Notes: generated by a model not told the origin, from the letters alone. Shown: positions 10,713 through 20,448, counted from the stretch's first letter. The stretch is 64,000 nt of DNA from Candidatus Sulfomarinibacter sp. (GCA_041560205.1 JBFFBV010000002.1:22278-86277); one strand, 5' to 3'. Program-made: numbers and translations.

Positions 10713-11171
10713 TTACTGTCCGTATCGCTTCCAGACCACCGCTGGCTGGCTCGCGAAGAAGATCTCGTCTCCTGAGGCATCGATCACGAGGCTCCGCGAA
10801 TAGGCCGTCCCCGCCACATCGCGAAAGTGGAGCACGATCGTGTTCACCCCATCCACGTGCTCCTGCTCGATCCCGAAGACGGTGTACTTGACGCTCGAGG
10901 TGCCACCGACGCCGAAGGTGATGCTTCCTGGAGTCAGCGTGATGTAGCGGTCGGAATATTGGGGGTGGGAGCTCGTCCACTCGCCGATAAGGAACTCCGG
11001 CAGCTTCTTCGAGTCGTAGCCCTTGGGAATGACGAATGGACCCACCGCGAGCGCGAAGGCGGCGATCACAACGATCCAGATAATGATCCGACGCCTGGCC
11101 ACCACCCGCGGGTCCTCGGGTTCGTGGGCCGGGACTTCGACGATGATCTGGTTTTCTCCGTTGGTGCTCAT
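10713..11171 (-). CDS. Hypothetical single-TM membrane protein (paralog of 10100-10576)
   Basis: One TM, then LIGEWTSSHPQYSDRY...FGVGGT...FRDVAGT. ATG overlaps the stop of the HD-GYP gene. Confidence 0.75.
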   Translation of the reverse strand: MSTNGENQIIVEVPAHEPEDPRVVARRRIIIWIVVIAAFALAVGPFVIPKGYDSKKLPEFLIGEWTSSHPQYSDRYITLTPGSITFGVGGTSSVKYTVFGIEQEHVDGVNTIVLHFRDVAGTAYSRSLVIDASGDEIFFASQPAVVWKRYGQ

Positions 11172-13330
11172 CTGCGCCCCCCTGCCGCGTCGCGCAGCAC
11201 GTCCTCGGCGTCCCAATCTGGAACCCGGGAGGGATCCTCGCCGATCGCCTCCATGAAGGCCCTCAACACCTTCGGATCGAACTGCACACCCGACTCCTCG
11301 AGGATCAGCCGCACCGCTTTTTCATGGCTGAATCCCTTGCGGTACGGCCTGTCCGAGGTCATGGCGTCGTAGGTGTCGGCGACGGCGAGGATTCGTGCGT
11401 TGATGTCGATCTCGTCACCGGCGAGCTTTTTCGGATAGCCGGTGCCGTCGAACTTCTCGTGGTGCTGCTCGACGATCGGAAGAATCTCCGCAAAGGCCGT
11501 GATCGGCTGGAGTATCCGGCCCCCGATCGTCGCATGGGTCATCACCTCTTCGATCTCGTGGGCATCGAGCCGGCCCGGTTTGTCGAGCAGCTGCACCGAG
11601 ATTCCGAGCTTGCCGATGTCGTGCAGCAACGCACCGCGATGGAGCACCTCGAGCTCGGCCTCGCTGTGCCCCATCTGGCGAGCGATGCGCAGCGACATCG
11701 TCGTCACCCTCTCCGAGTGGCCGGCTGTCCACGGGGACTTGGCATCGATCGCGCGCGCAAAGGCCTCCAAGGTTCCCCAGGTGAGGGCTTTCAGCTCATC
11801 GATCAGGCTCGAGTTCGAAAGGGCAACCGCGACCTGGTCTGCGAGCTGGCGCGCCTGCGTGTCCTCTTCCTCGGAAAATTGCCTGCTATCCGCGCGACCC
11901 ATGCACAGCACGGCCTCCAACCGCTCTTCCAGTCGTATCGGGAAGGCCTTCACGATCCGGTCGTCGGCCTCCGGCAGCGCCTTCAAAAGGCCTGACCCGC
12001 CGGGGCCGCCGGTGAGCGTCACCATTTCCGGATTTCGCGAGAGGGCATCGAGGTCCCAGGCCGTCAGCTCGACCCGTTCCGTGTGCACCTCTTCCGGCGA
12101 TCCCTGGACCGCGTATAACATCATCATTTCGTCAGCGCTCTGGCTGGTGCGGAGGGCGACGCCGGCCACGTCGGCGTCCACAGCCTCGAGCCCGCCCATG
12201 ACCGCGGATTCGACGATTGTCGGGGTGTCGAGGGACGACAGCACCGCGCGATGGATCCCGGCGGTCGTGGCGAGGGCCTTGAACTGGCGACGAAGCCGCA
12301 CGGTCATGCCGTTGAAGGCGTCGGCGAGGTCCTCGAACTCGTCGCCGCTATCGACCTCCACCTTGGTCGTGAAATCCTTCTTGGCGATGCGTCGGGTGCC
12401 CTCGGTAAGCCGGTCCAGGGGGACGAGACTGCGTCGAATGGAGTAGATACTGGCGAGCAGTACCACCCACAGCGAGGTCAAGACCACCGGCGGGAAGATG
12501 CTCCGGAAATTGCGCATGGGCTGCAGGATCCGGTCCTCGGACTCGACCAGCACGAAGGTCCAGTCCTTGACCATGAAGACGGGCAGCAGAAAGAGATTTC
12601 TGAAGCTCGCCTGATAGTCTTCACCTTCCCAGGTGAAACCGAACTCGCCCCGCAATCCAGATCCTGAAAGCGCGCGGACCTCCGACACCAGCCCCGCACA
12701 CCCGGGAAAGGTCCCGTAGAGGAGGCTGCGCTTTTCGTCGTAGACGCAGATCTCGGTGTCGGGCGGCACCAAATTGCCGGACTCGAGTCCCCAGAGGTAG
12801 CTCTCGGACACGGTCCCGATGACGACTCCCGAGCTCGGGTTGCCCGGGTCCACAAAGCGCCACATCCGCATCGTTCCGGGGCCGACCTCGCCGCCGGTGT
12901 CGAGCAACGTCTTGCCCTGCTCGAGGTGTTCCCTCTGCTCCCGTCCCGGATCCGGATACGGTGGCGGATCGCCGTGGATCACATGCATCGACCCGTCGGT
13001 AGCAGCCACCGCAACGCCGCGAAACATCTTGTTCAGCCGAACCGAGGCGGAGTCCTCGACCCACCCCTCCCGCTCGACCCCGGCCAGCATCGTGGCGACC
13101 GAGCCCAGCTGCGACTCGAGAAAGAGCAGGCGTTCGTGGACGGAGAGGCTCTCTGATTTGGCCGTTCGCCAAAGGCGCTCCGAGCTCTGGGCGAAAAGCT
13201 GGTCGCTGACGTATGGATAGGCAACCACCGCGAGAATCGTGGTCGGGACCAGAGCACTGAGCACGAAGAGCGTGAAAAATCGCCGCGCCAGAATGCTGCG
13301 GAAGAGGCGGGTATCGACCTTCAGGGCCAT
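11168..13330 (-). CDS. Membrane-bound HD-GYP cyclic-dinucleotide phosphodiesterase (periplasmic sensor-HAMP-GAF-HD-GYP)
   Basis: Two TMs, HAMP (DEFEDLADAFNGM), GAF-like region, then AGHSERV, LLHDIGK, HHEKFDGTGYP and ADTYDAMTSDRPYR. Confidence 0.9.
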   Translation of the reverse strand: MALKVDTRLFRSILARRFFTLFVLSALVPTTILAVVAYPYVSDQLFAQSSERLWRTAKSESLSVHERLLFLESQLGSVATMLAGVEREGWVEDSASVRLNKMFRGVAVAATDGSMHVIHGDPPPYPDPGREQREHLEQGKTLLDTGGEVGPGTMRMWRFVDPGNPSSGVVIGTVSESYLWGLESGNLVPPDTEICVYDEKRSLLYGTFPGCAGLVSEVRALSGSGLRGEFGFTWEGEDYQASFRNLFLLPVFMVKDWTFVLVESEDRILQPMRNFRSIFPPVVLTSLWVVLLASIYSIRRSLVPLDRLTEGTRRIAKKDFTTKVEVDSGDEFEDLADAFNGMTVRLRRQFKALATTAGIHRAVLSSLDTPTIVESAVMGGLEAVDADVAGVALRTSQSADEMMMLYAVQGSPEEVHTERVELTAWDLDALSRNPEMVTLTGGPGGSGLLKALPEADDRIVKAFPIRLEERLEAVLCMGRADSRQFSEEEDTQARQLADQVAVALSNSSLIDELKALTWGTLEAFARAIDAKSPWTAGHSERVTTMSLRIARQMGHSEAELEVLHRGALLHDIGKLGISVQLLDKPGRLDAHEIEEVMTHATIGGRILQPITAFAEILPIVEQHHEKFDGTGYPKKLAGDEIDINARILAVADTYDAMTSDRPYRKGFSHEKAVRLILEESGVQFDPKVLRAFMEAIGEDPSRVPDWDAEDVLRDAAGGRR

Positions 13331-13337
13331 CTTCGCC

Positions 13338-13880
13338 TCAGAACTCGGACACCGGTCCGATGAAGGCGCCGTCGCTCGCCCGCACGATGTCGTCGCGGCT
13401 CGCCTTCGCCGTGAACGGTGCCTTGGACTCTCCATCGGGACCCATGCTGTAGAGGTCGTAGTCCGAGTTCACCGGGACCAGCGAGTGGTCTTTGCGCTGC
13501 TTGGCGCTGTGACCCGGGTCGGTGCTGCCGAGGATCTTCAGGTAGACATACGGCCGTCCCCAGGGATCGCGAAGCCCGTCGTAGCCGACGTCCGCCAGGC
13601 TGTCTGGCGGGACGTTGTGGTCCATACCGTACTGGGTGATGTCCGCGTCCATCCTCCGCATGTCGGCAATGGCTTGAAGGTTCCGTGTTCTCTGCGTGTA
13701 GCCGAGTAGACGAGGGATGGCGATCGCTGAGATGGTGGCGATGAGTGCGGCGACGATCAGGATTTCGATCAGCGTGAAACCGTCACTTCTGTGCGAACAT
13801 CGAACACATCCACCCTCATCGCCCGACAGGCGTACCTGCCCGGTTGGCCTCACCGACGGTTGAATTTCACGATATACCAT
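13338..13880 (-). CDS. Prepilin-type N-terminal cleavage/methylation protein (GspG-like pseudopilin)
   Basis: G|FTLIEILIV type IV pilin signal, plus DPWGRPYVY and YDLYSMGPDG...DDI (GspG-like). Start codon uncertain. Confidence 0.85.
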   Translation of the reverse strand: MVYREIQPSVRPTGQVRLSGDEGGCVRCSHRSDGFTLIEILIVAALIATISAIAIPRLLGYTQRTRNLQAIADMRRMDADITQYGMDHNVPPDSLADVGYDGLRDPWGRPYVYLKILGSTDPGHSAKQRKDHSLVPVNSDYDLYSMGPDGESKAPFTAKASRDDIVRASDGAFIGPVSEF

Positions 13881-14035
13881 GGCGGGTCAAACACTTCGGC
13901 CCGTTACTAAAATATTACCACAAGGCAAATTTGAGCAACAATTCGACGCAGCACAGCCCGAATTCGGACACTCGTGCGTCGATCACCGCCAGGACCACCA
14001 ACGGTCTTTCGTCAGCGCTTTGGTGTCGTGCCCGA

Positions 14036-14959
14036 TTACTTGATGCGGTACCTCGCCACATCCGGGTTGACGCCCGTGGCCTTGAATTTCTCCCAGACGT
14101 AGAAGCCCGAGCCGGTCTTGGCGCCGAGCTGACCCGACTCGACCAGTCGCTTGAGGAGCGGGCTCGGTTTGTAGAAGCTCCCAAACTCCTCCTCGATGAC
14201 CTCGCAGATGAACAGCATGGTGTCGAGACCCACGTAGTCGGCGGTCATCAGCGGACCCATCTTGTGGCCGAGGCAGTAGGTGCACTTGTCGACGTCGTCA
14301 ACCGCCGCGATCCCCTCTTCGACCACCCGGATGGCCTCGTTGACGAAGGGCACGAACATGCGGTTGATCGCGAATCCGGCCTTGTCCTCGGCCGGGATCT
14401 CGATCTTGTCCATGTCGTGACAGAGGGCGACCACCGTTTCATAGGTCGCATCGGAGGTCGCGAGCCCGCGGATGATCTCGACCCCCTTTTGCATCGGCAC
14501 GGGGTTCATGAAGTGCATGCCCATGAAGAGGTCAGGCTTTCCATAGGCCGCTCCGAGGCGGGTGATGCTGATGCCCGAGGTGTTGGAGACAAGGATCTTG
14601 TCATAGCCCTTCTCGGCCAGCTCGCGGTTGATCTTTTCTTTGAGCTCGGGCCTTTCCGGCACGGCCTCGATGATGACATCGCAATCGAGGAGATCGTCCA
14701 TCGAGGAGGTCGTCTTCAAGCGTCCCAGCGCCTCGTCCTTCGCCTCTCCTGTGATCCCCTTCTCGCCCTCCGACTTCTCGAAGGCCTTGACCAAGCGGTC
14801 GAGGCTGCGCGAGATGGCATCCATCCCCCGCTCGAGGACAGTCGAGTCCACATCCATCACGGTCACGTCGAACCCGCTCTGTGCGGCGACCTGCGCGATT
14901 CCGTTGCCCATCGTGCCGATGCCGATAACGCCGATCTTCTTGAGTCCGCTCTCGCTCAA
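14036..14959 (-). CDS. 3-hydroxyacyl/3-hydroxybutyryl-CoA dehydrogenase
   Basis: GIGTMGNGIAQV Rossmann motif, SNTSGISI, GMHFMNPVP, GFAINR and MGPL...D.VGLD. Confidence 0.92.
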   Translation of the reverse strand: MSESGLKKIGVIGIGTMGNGIAQVAAQSGFDVTVMDVDSTVLERGMDAISRSLDRLVKAFEKSEGEKGITGEAKDEALGRLKTTSSMDDLLDCDVIIEAVPERPELKEKINRELAEKGYDKILVSNTSGISITRLGAAYGKPDLFMGMHFMNPVPMQKGVEIIRGLATSDATYETVVALCHDMDKIEIPAEDKAGFAINRMFVPFVNEAIRVVEEGIAAVDDVDKCTYCLGHKMGPLMTADYVGLDTMLFICEVIEEEFGSFYKPSPLLKRLVESGQLGAKTGSGFYVWEKFKATGVNPDVARYRIK

Positions 14960-15032
14960 TGAATCCTCCTTGTCCGTACCGAGAGCATTCTACGCTCACC
15001 AAATATTTTTCGCAGTCGCCTTCGTTCATCAA

Positions 15033-15187
15033 GATACAAGATGCACCCGCCCTCCCTCCCGCCCGGATGCAGGATACAAGGCCACCCTTCCACTCCCACG
15101 GACTTTCAGACTCTCAAAACCGGGCGGGTGGGCGGCCCTGCATCTTGCATCGTGTTTCTGGGCGGGTGGCTGGTTGGGTGCATCCTG
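15033..15187. repeat. Palindromic dispersed element family B, copy 1
   Basis: GATACAAGATGCACCC...GGATGCAGGATACAAGGCCACCC arm with mirror GGGCGGCCCTGCATCTTGCATC...GGGTGCATCCTG; homologous to the copies at 37704, 41455 and 44786. Confidence 0.85.
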
Positions 15188-15250
15188 AAACTCAGTCACC
15201 GCTTCCTGTTGACGGAAGGCGATGCCGACGGTATACACGTCGAGCTTACG

Positions 15251-15868
15251 ATGATTTTGGAGATCGATCCCGTCGAGCCGGAACCCTGGCTGCTCGCGCG
15301 CGCCACACAGGTCTTGGGCGAGGGCGGTGTCGTGGTCATGCCGACTGACACCGTGTACGGAATGACCTGCGGCATCACCCATCACGAGGCGATTCGCCGG
15401 ATCTACAAGCTCAAGGACATGGATCCGAAAAAGCCCCTTTCGATCCTTGTCGGCGACATGTCCATGGTCGGCCGCTATGCGCGCGGCGTCTCGACGCCGG
15501 CCTTTCGGCTCCTCAAACGTGTGCTCCCGGGGCCATACACCTTTGTCTTCGAGGCAAGCCCGGAGGTTCCGAGGATCATGCTGCGCAAGCGCCGCACGAT
15601 CGGCATTCGAATGCCCGACAACCCGATCGCTCTCGCGTTGTTGGAGGAGATGGGGGAGCCCCTGCTCAGCTCCTCCATACGCGGTCCCGAGCAGGACTTC
15701 GTCAACGACCCGGAGGTGATCGACGTCTCCCTCGGCGACGACGTCGAGATGGTCATTGACGGTGGCATCCTGCTCCCAGTGCCATCGACCGTGGTGGATC
15801 TCTCGGGCAGCGAGCCGGTCCTGCTCCGCGAAGGCAAGGGGGACGTCGCGACCTTGGAACTCTTCTAG
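15251..15868 (+). CDS. Sua5/YciO/YrdC family protein (threonylcarbamoyl-AMP synthase-like)
   Basis: MPTDTVYG, KKPLSIL, LPGPYTF and IGIRMPD motifs. Upstream TTGACG-17-TATACA promoter. The ORF-track N-terminal extension is translated repeat B. Confidence 0.9.
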   Translation: MILEIDPVEPEPWLLARATQVLGEGGVVVMPTDTVYGMTCGITHHEAIRRIYKLKDMDPKKPLSILVGDMSMVGRYARGVSTPAFRLLKRVLPGPYTFVFEASPEVPRIMLRKRRTIGIRMPDNPIALALLEEMGEPLLSSSIRGPEQDFVNDPEVIDVSLGDDVEMVIDGGILLPVPSTVVDLSGSEPVLLREGKGDVATLELF

Positions 15869-15891
15869 GCGCATTGCGGTTTCGACGACTC

Positions 15892-15974
15892 AGGTACCAC
15901 CTTTCGCATTGTGTGGCGTCGGCGCGCTTCTGCTCGTCAACACGTTTCGATCACACAAGGGAAAGGTGGCACCT
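15892..15974. repeat. Palindromic element family A, copy 2 (reverse orientation)
   Basis: AGGTACCACCTTTCGCATTGTGTG / CACACAAGGGAAAGGTGGCACCT between convergent genes. Confidence 0.85.
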
Positions 15975-15999
15975 CTCGCGTCGACGCGGGGAGCGCTTC

Positions 16000-17193
16000 T
16001 CAAGAGGCGTTGTCGAAGCTCTGGCGCCCGTTGATTTGGGCAGTTTCCTCCACCACCTCGCGGATTTGCGAAGCGACGCGGTCTGGGTGGTAGAAACGCT
16101 CCCACATTCCCCTACCGCGGAGCCCTGTTTCGATCGCGGCATCCGGACTCTCGAGCAATGACACGATGGCTTCGACCCAACGGTTGGCACCGGACACCTC
16201 GACCACAGCTGTCCGCGCCTCGCCAACCAGCCCGGCGGCGGCCCACGGGTGAACCACCGCGGGCACACCTGCTGCCATCGCCTCGAGCACCTTCATCGGC
16301 ACACCCGAGCCCGAGCTCATCGGTGCGATCGCCGCCGTCGACCGGGCGAGATAGGAGCCGAGGTCCGGAACATCCGCGTGGACCTCGACCCCGGGCACCC
16401 GTTCGAGCTTGCGTATCTGGGGTGCGGGCCGCGCACCGGCCAACAGCCAACGCGCCCCAGGAACCAACGCATGAATGCGAGGCCACACCTTCGCGGCAAA
16501 CCACCGTGCGCTGCGGACAGTCGGCCGGTAGCCGAGGTTTCCCGACAGCAGGACCACCGGTTCGATGTCCGCACTTCGAGGCCGATCGACCTCCCTGCCC
16601 GCCACCGGGATCACCCGCCCCCTTTTCGCGGGCACCGAAAATGTCTCGAGGTCCCGTTCCGACACCGCCACGGAGGTCGTTGCAGCAGTCGCGAGGTGGA
16701 GTTCGCGTCGTCGGCACCTGGCAGCTTCAACCCGGTAGCCAAGGGACAGAGGCGGCGGGGCCGACCGCGCGGCGCTCTCGAAGTGGAGGCCCATCGAGTC
16801 GATGGCGTCGAAGATGATCGGTGTTCCCGGCGCGGACCTGCGGATCGTGTCGCAGGCCCACCCACAACGAAGCATCTGCACCACCGCGACATCGGGCGGT
16901 CGGTCTTTGAGAGCTTTGGCAAGGGCTGTGGCCGCTGCCGAGGTGTCGTAGAGACCCTCCTGCAGCGGTCGGCCACCGAGTGCGGCGCGAAACAGCCCGA
17001 CCGTCCGCGAGACAGCCCCCAGCCTGAATGGCACGCTCTCGACAGGCAGGGATGCGAGCGATTGGTCACCAGGGCTTGGGCACACGAGACTGAGCTCGTG
17101 TCCGGCGAGCGCCTCGATCCACTGCACGGTGCGCACCTGATTGCCGCGCCACGCCGGCAGCGGGCTCCGGCTGGTGACCAGGAGAATTCTCAT
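16000..17193 (-). CDS. Glycosyltransferase family 4 (GT-B)
   Basis: MRILLVTSRSP start and SGSGVPMKVLEAMAAGVP motif; ATG overlaps the stop of the DegT gene. Confidence 0.85.
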   Translation of the reverse strand: MRILLVTSRSPLPAWRGNQVRTVQWIEALAGHELSLVCPSPGDQSLASLPVESVPFRLGAVSRTVGLFRAALGGRPLQEGLYDTSAAATALAKALKDRPPDVAVVQMLRCGWACDTIRRSAPGTPIIFDAIDSMGLHFESAARSAPPPLSLGYRVEAARCRRRELHLATAATTSVAVSERDLETFSVPAKRGRVIPVAGREVDRPRSADIEPVVLLSGNLGYRPTVRSARWFAAKVWPRIHALVPGARWLLAGARPAPQIRKLERVPGVEVHADVPDLGSYLARSTAAIAPMSSGSGVPMKVLEAMAAGVPAVVHPWAAAGLVGEARTAVVEVSGANRWVEAIVSLLESPDAAIETGLRGRGMWERFYHPDRVASQIREVVEETAQINGRQSFDNAS

Positions 17194-18302
17194 CAGTTCG
17201 CGTAAAACTCCTCGATCGCCTGCACGACCTCTTCCTGCTCGCCCTCGGTCAGCTCGGGGAAGACGGGCAATGCCAGGACCTCGCGACTTGCCTGCTCGGC
17301 CACCGGGAAGTCGCCCTCCGCGTAGCCAAGGCATTCGAAACAGGGCTGCAGGTGCAGAGGCAACGGGTAATAGACCGCGGCACCGACTCCCCGCTCGGTG
17401 AGGAAGTTTCTGAGCTCATCCCGTCGCGGGGCTCGAATCACGTACTGGTTGAAAGTGTGACCACGGCCGGCGACGGCGTTCGGCAGACCCACCGTCGAAT
17501 CGAGCCCGGCGTTGGCGAAGAGGCCGCGGTATCGTTCCGCGTTGGCTCGACGCCCCTCGATCCAGCCGCTGACGTGGGGAAGCTTGACCCTGAGGACTGC
17601 GGCCTGCAGCGCATCGATGCGGAAGTTGCCGCCCACCGTCGGGTGGAGGTAGGGACCCGACTGCCCATGCATCCTCAGCTCACGCAGACCGTGATCGAGC
17701 TTCGGGTCGGCGGTCGTTACCAATCCGCCGTCACCGAAACAACCCAGGTTTTTGGATGGGAAGAAGGAAAACGCGCCCATCGCCCCGATCGATCCGACCT
17801 GCGCGCCGTCGAAGGTCGCCCCCCAGGCTTGCGCACAGTCTTCCAATACCGGCACATCATTCGCCGCCTCCATGATCCGATCCATGGCGGCCGCCTGACC
17901 GAAGAGGTGGACCGGGATGATGGCTCGGGTCCGGCCACCAATCCTGGCCAGAAGCTCCCTCGGATCCATGCAGTAGTCCACCGGGTCGATGTCGACGAAC
18001 ACCGGGGTGGCGCCGAGGCGGGCCACGACGCCGGCCGTTGCGAAGAAGGTGAAGGTCGGCAGGATCACCTCGTCCCCTGGCCCGACCCCGAGCGCCATCA
18101 GGGCCACGAGCAAGGCATCGGTCCCAGAGGTGACGCCGACGGAGTGGGCGGCTTCGAGCGTTGCCGCCGCCTCGCGCTCGAAGTCCTCGACCTCGGCGCC
18201 GAGGATGAATCGCTGGGAATCGCAGACCCGGTCGATGGCCTGGCGGAATTCCTCTCGGAGAGGTTCGTACTGTCGCGTCAGATCGAGCAGCGGCACGGGC
18301 AT
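17193..18302 (-). CDS. DegT/DnrJ/EryC1/StrS PLP-dependent nucleotide-sugar aminotransferase
   Basis: SGTDAL, PVHLFGQ, EDCAQA and FSFFPSKNLGCFGDGG motifs; GGAGG RBS before ATG 18302. Confidence 0.93.
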   Translation of the reverse strand: MPVPLLDLTRQYEPLREEFRQAIDRVCDSQRFILGAEVEDFEREAAATLEAAHSVGVTSGTDALLVALMALGVGPGDEVILPTFTFFATAGVVARLGATPVFVDIDPVDYCMDPRELLARIGGRTRAIIPVHLFGQAAAMDRIMEAANDVPVLEDCAQAWGATFDGAQVGSIGAMGAFSFFPSKNLGCFGDGGLVTTADPKLDHGLRELRMHGQSGPYLHPTVGGNFRIDALQAAVLRVKLPHVSGWIEGRRANAERYRGLFANAGLDSTVGLPNAVAGRGHTFNQYVIRAPRRDELRNFLTERGVGAAVYYPLPLHLQPCFECLGYAEGDFPVAEQASREVLALPVFPELTEGEQEEVVQAIEEFYAN

Positions 18303-18350
18303 GTCTTTCCTCCAGTTTCTCGGCGTTAGACAGGGTACCGCGGAATTGTG

Positions 18351-18440
18351 CAGGGGGGCAGGGGGGAAAGGGAGCAAGGGAGTAAGGGAACAAGGGAACA
18401 CCAAACAGGACAAGGGCACGGTCTCCCCTGCTCCTCTGCT
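18351..18440. repeat. Degenerate 8-mer tandem repeats (AGGGAGCA-like) with inverted partner
   Basis: cagggggg-cagggggg-aaagggag-caagggag-taagggaa-caagggaa, then ctcccctgctcctctgct; lies between divergent genes. Confidence 0.6.
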
Positions 18441-18481
18441 ACCATTTACCGGCGACGCGCTGTCGCGACAAAGGAGCCCTC

Positions 18482-19810
18482 ATGCACATCTGCGTTGTTG
18501 GTACCGGCTACGTGGGTCTGGTCACCGGCGCCTGCCTCGCCGATTTCGGCATCAACGTCACCTGCGTCGACAAGGACGAGAAGAAAATCTCGAAGCTCCT
18601 CGAGGGCGAAATCCCGATCTACGAGCCCGGGCTCGACGCGCTGGTCGAAAAGAACTCGAAGGCTGGGCGCCTCCATTTTTCCACCGAACTCGTCCCCGCC
18701 ATCGAAAACGCGCTCGCGATCTTCATCGCCGTCGGCACCCCACCCAAGGAGGACGGTTCGGCCGACCTCTCCTACGTCGTTCAGGTCGCCGAGGCGATCG
18801 CCGACAACCTCAACGGATATAAGGTCGTGGTGACCAAATCGACAGTGCCGATCGGCACCGGCCAGCTGATCGAGAAGATCATGACCGAGCGCGGCAGCGG
18901 CGAGCACCCGTTTTCAGTCGTCTCGAACCCGGAGTTCCTCCGGGAGGGCTCGGCCATTTCGGACTTCATGCGGCCAGACCGCGTGGTGATCGGTGCGCGG
19001 GACGCGCAGGCGGTCGCCATCATGAAGGACATCTACTCGCCGCTCTATCTGATCGAGACACCGTTCGTGATCACCAACGTCGAGTCGTCCGAGCTCATCA
19101 AGTACGCCTCCAACGCCTTTCTCGCGACCAAGATCACCTTTATCAACGAGGTCGCCGAGCTCTGCGACCGTCTTGGCGCCGACGTACACCACGTGGCCAA
19201 GGGGATGGGTCTCGACAATCGCATCGGACCCAAGTTTCTCCACCCAGGCCCGGGCTATGGAGGCTCGTGCTTCCCAAAGGACACCCACGCGATGTCCGAG
19301 ATCGCCCACGAGGCGGGGCGACCGTTTGAAATCGTGGACACCGTCATCGCTGTGAATGACCGCATCAAGCGGCGGGCGATCGAAAGGGTTTTCGAGGCAA
19401 CGGGCGAAGATCTCGAGGGCAAGGTGGTGGCGGTCCTCGGTCTCAGCTTCAAGCCCGAGACCGACGACATGCGCGAATCGTCGTCGATCCCGCTGGTCGA
19501 GGCCCTGGTCGACGGCGGCGCGACGGTCAAGGCCTTCGACCCAGTGGCGATGGACAACGCGCGGGAGCTGCTGCCCGACACGGTCCACTACTGCAAGGAC
19601 TCCTACGACGCGGCCGACGGCGCCGATGCGCTGATCATCGTCACCGAGTGGAACCAGTTCCGCTCCCTCGACATGGAGCGCGTCGGGTCCCTGCTCAACC
19701 ATCCAGTGGTGGTCGACCTCCGCAACCTCTACGATCCCAAGCGGATGAAGGAGCAGGGTTTCCAGTACTCCAGTGTTGGACGGGCGGCGGAGGATCTGCC
19801 AGGGGCGTGA
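18482..19810 (+). CDS. ugd: UDP-glucose/GDP-mannose 6-dehydrogenase
   Basis: GTGYVGL, KSTVPIGT, SNPEFLREG, GYGGSCFPKD and FKPETDDMRES motifs. Confidence 0.93.
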   Translation: MHICVVGTGYVGLVTGACLADFGINVTCVDKDEKKISKLLEGEIPIYEPGLDALVEKNSKAGRLHFSTELVPAIENALAIFIAVGTPPKEDGSADLSYVVQVAEAIADNLNGYKVVVTKSTVPIGTGQLIEKIMTERGSGEHPFSVVSNPEFLREGSAISDFMRPDRVVIGARDAQAVAIMKDIYSPLYLIETPFVITNVESSELIKYASNAFLATKITFINEVAELCDRLGADVHHVAKGMGLDNRIGPKFLHPGPGYGGSCFPKDTHAMSEIAHEAGRPFEIVDTVIAVNDRIKRRAIERVFEATGEDLEGKVVAVLGLSFKPETDDMRESSSIPLVEALVDGGATVKAFDPVAMDNARELLPDTVHYCKDSYDAADGADALIIVTEWNQFRSLDMERVGSLLNHPVVVDLRNLYDPKRMKEQGFQYSSVGRAAEDLPGA

Positions 19811-19844
19811 GGGGTTGAGGGGTTGAGGGCCTGAGGGCCTGAGG
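19808..19844. repeat. 8-mer tandem repeat TGAGGGGT/TGAGGGCC
   Basis: tgaggggt-tgaggggt-tgagggcc-tgagggcc-tgagg, beginning at the ugd stop codon. Confidence 0.7.
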
Positions 19845-19863
19845 AACCAGCCGCCCCCCAATT

Positions 19864-20025
19864 CACCACTGAAGCACCAAGAACACCACGGGAATCCTTT
19901 GTCATTGGGACACGGCGGGCATTCAAAACACTCGAATCCTCCAGTCAACAGTCAACTCGTCTGATCAGGCAGGCAGACATTGGGAATTACTTGGTGTATG
20001 TCTTGGTGACCTTAGTGACTTGGTG
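19864..20025. repeat. Imperfect palindrome with 9-mer-like CACCAAG/CTTGGTG arms (family D)
   Basis: caccactgaagcaccaagaacaccac ... cttggtgaccttagtgacttggtg. Confidence 0.6.
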
Positions 20026-20043
20026 GGCCATAATCTACCGACC

Positions 20044-20448
20044 ATGAAGAATGACGAATCGGTGCGGCTCGATGTGTGGCTCGATGTGGCGTGCATATTC
20101 AAGACACGCTCCCAGGCGCAGTCCGCGTGCAAACGGGGGCGGGTCGAGGTCAACGGCGACCACGGCAAGCCGCACCGCGCGGTGAGGCCGGGCGACGAGA
20201 TCCGCATTAAGATGCCGGGCGGCGGTCGTCGAATCATCGAGGTCTTGGAGCTCGAATCGACCAACGTCCCCAGGGCGCGCGCACGAGAGCTCTATGCCGA
20301 CCACACCCCGCCACCGACTGCCGAAGAGCTCGAACTCAGAAAAATGCAGCGGCTCTCCGCACCACCCAAGCGGGCTCGTGGAACAGGCGCCCCCAAGAAA
20401 CGCGAGCGCCGTGATCTTCGGCGTATGAAGGAAGAGTGGGAGCAGTAG
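20044..20448 (+). CDS. hslR: Ribosome-associated heat shock protein Hsp15 (S4 domain)
   Basis: VRLDVWL...FKTRSQA...GRVEVNG...KP, plus ARELY and C-terminal PKKRERR. Confidence 0.85.
   Translation: MKNDESVRLDVWLDVACIFKTRSQAQSACKRGRVEVNGDHGKPHRAVRPGDEIRIKMPGGGRRIIEVLELESTNVPRARARELYADHTPPPTAEELELRKMQRLSAPPKRARGTGAPKKRERRDLRRMKEEWEQ

Noticed and set aside
13920-13970. Possible c-di-GMP-I riboswitch (GGCAAA...GACGCA) near the HD-GYP operon
   Set aside because: It is on the strand opposite the operon and lacks the GNRA-capped stem and the GCAAAG continuation.
15041-15250. Long N-terminal extensions in ORF-track calls (15041, 37729, 37799, 47628, 53281, 59041)
   Set aside because: They are largely translations of repeat families A/B or upstream DNA; family homology starts at downstream start codons that have better promoter or RBS context.
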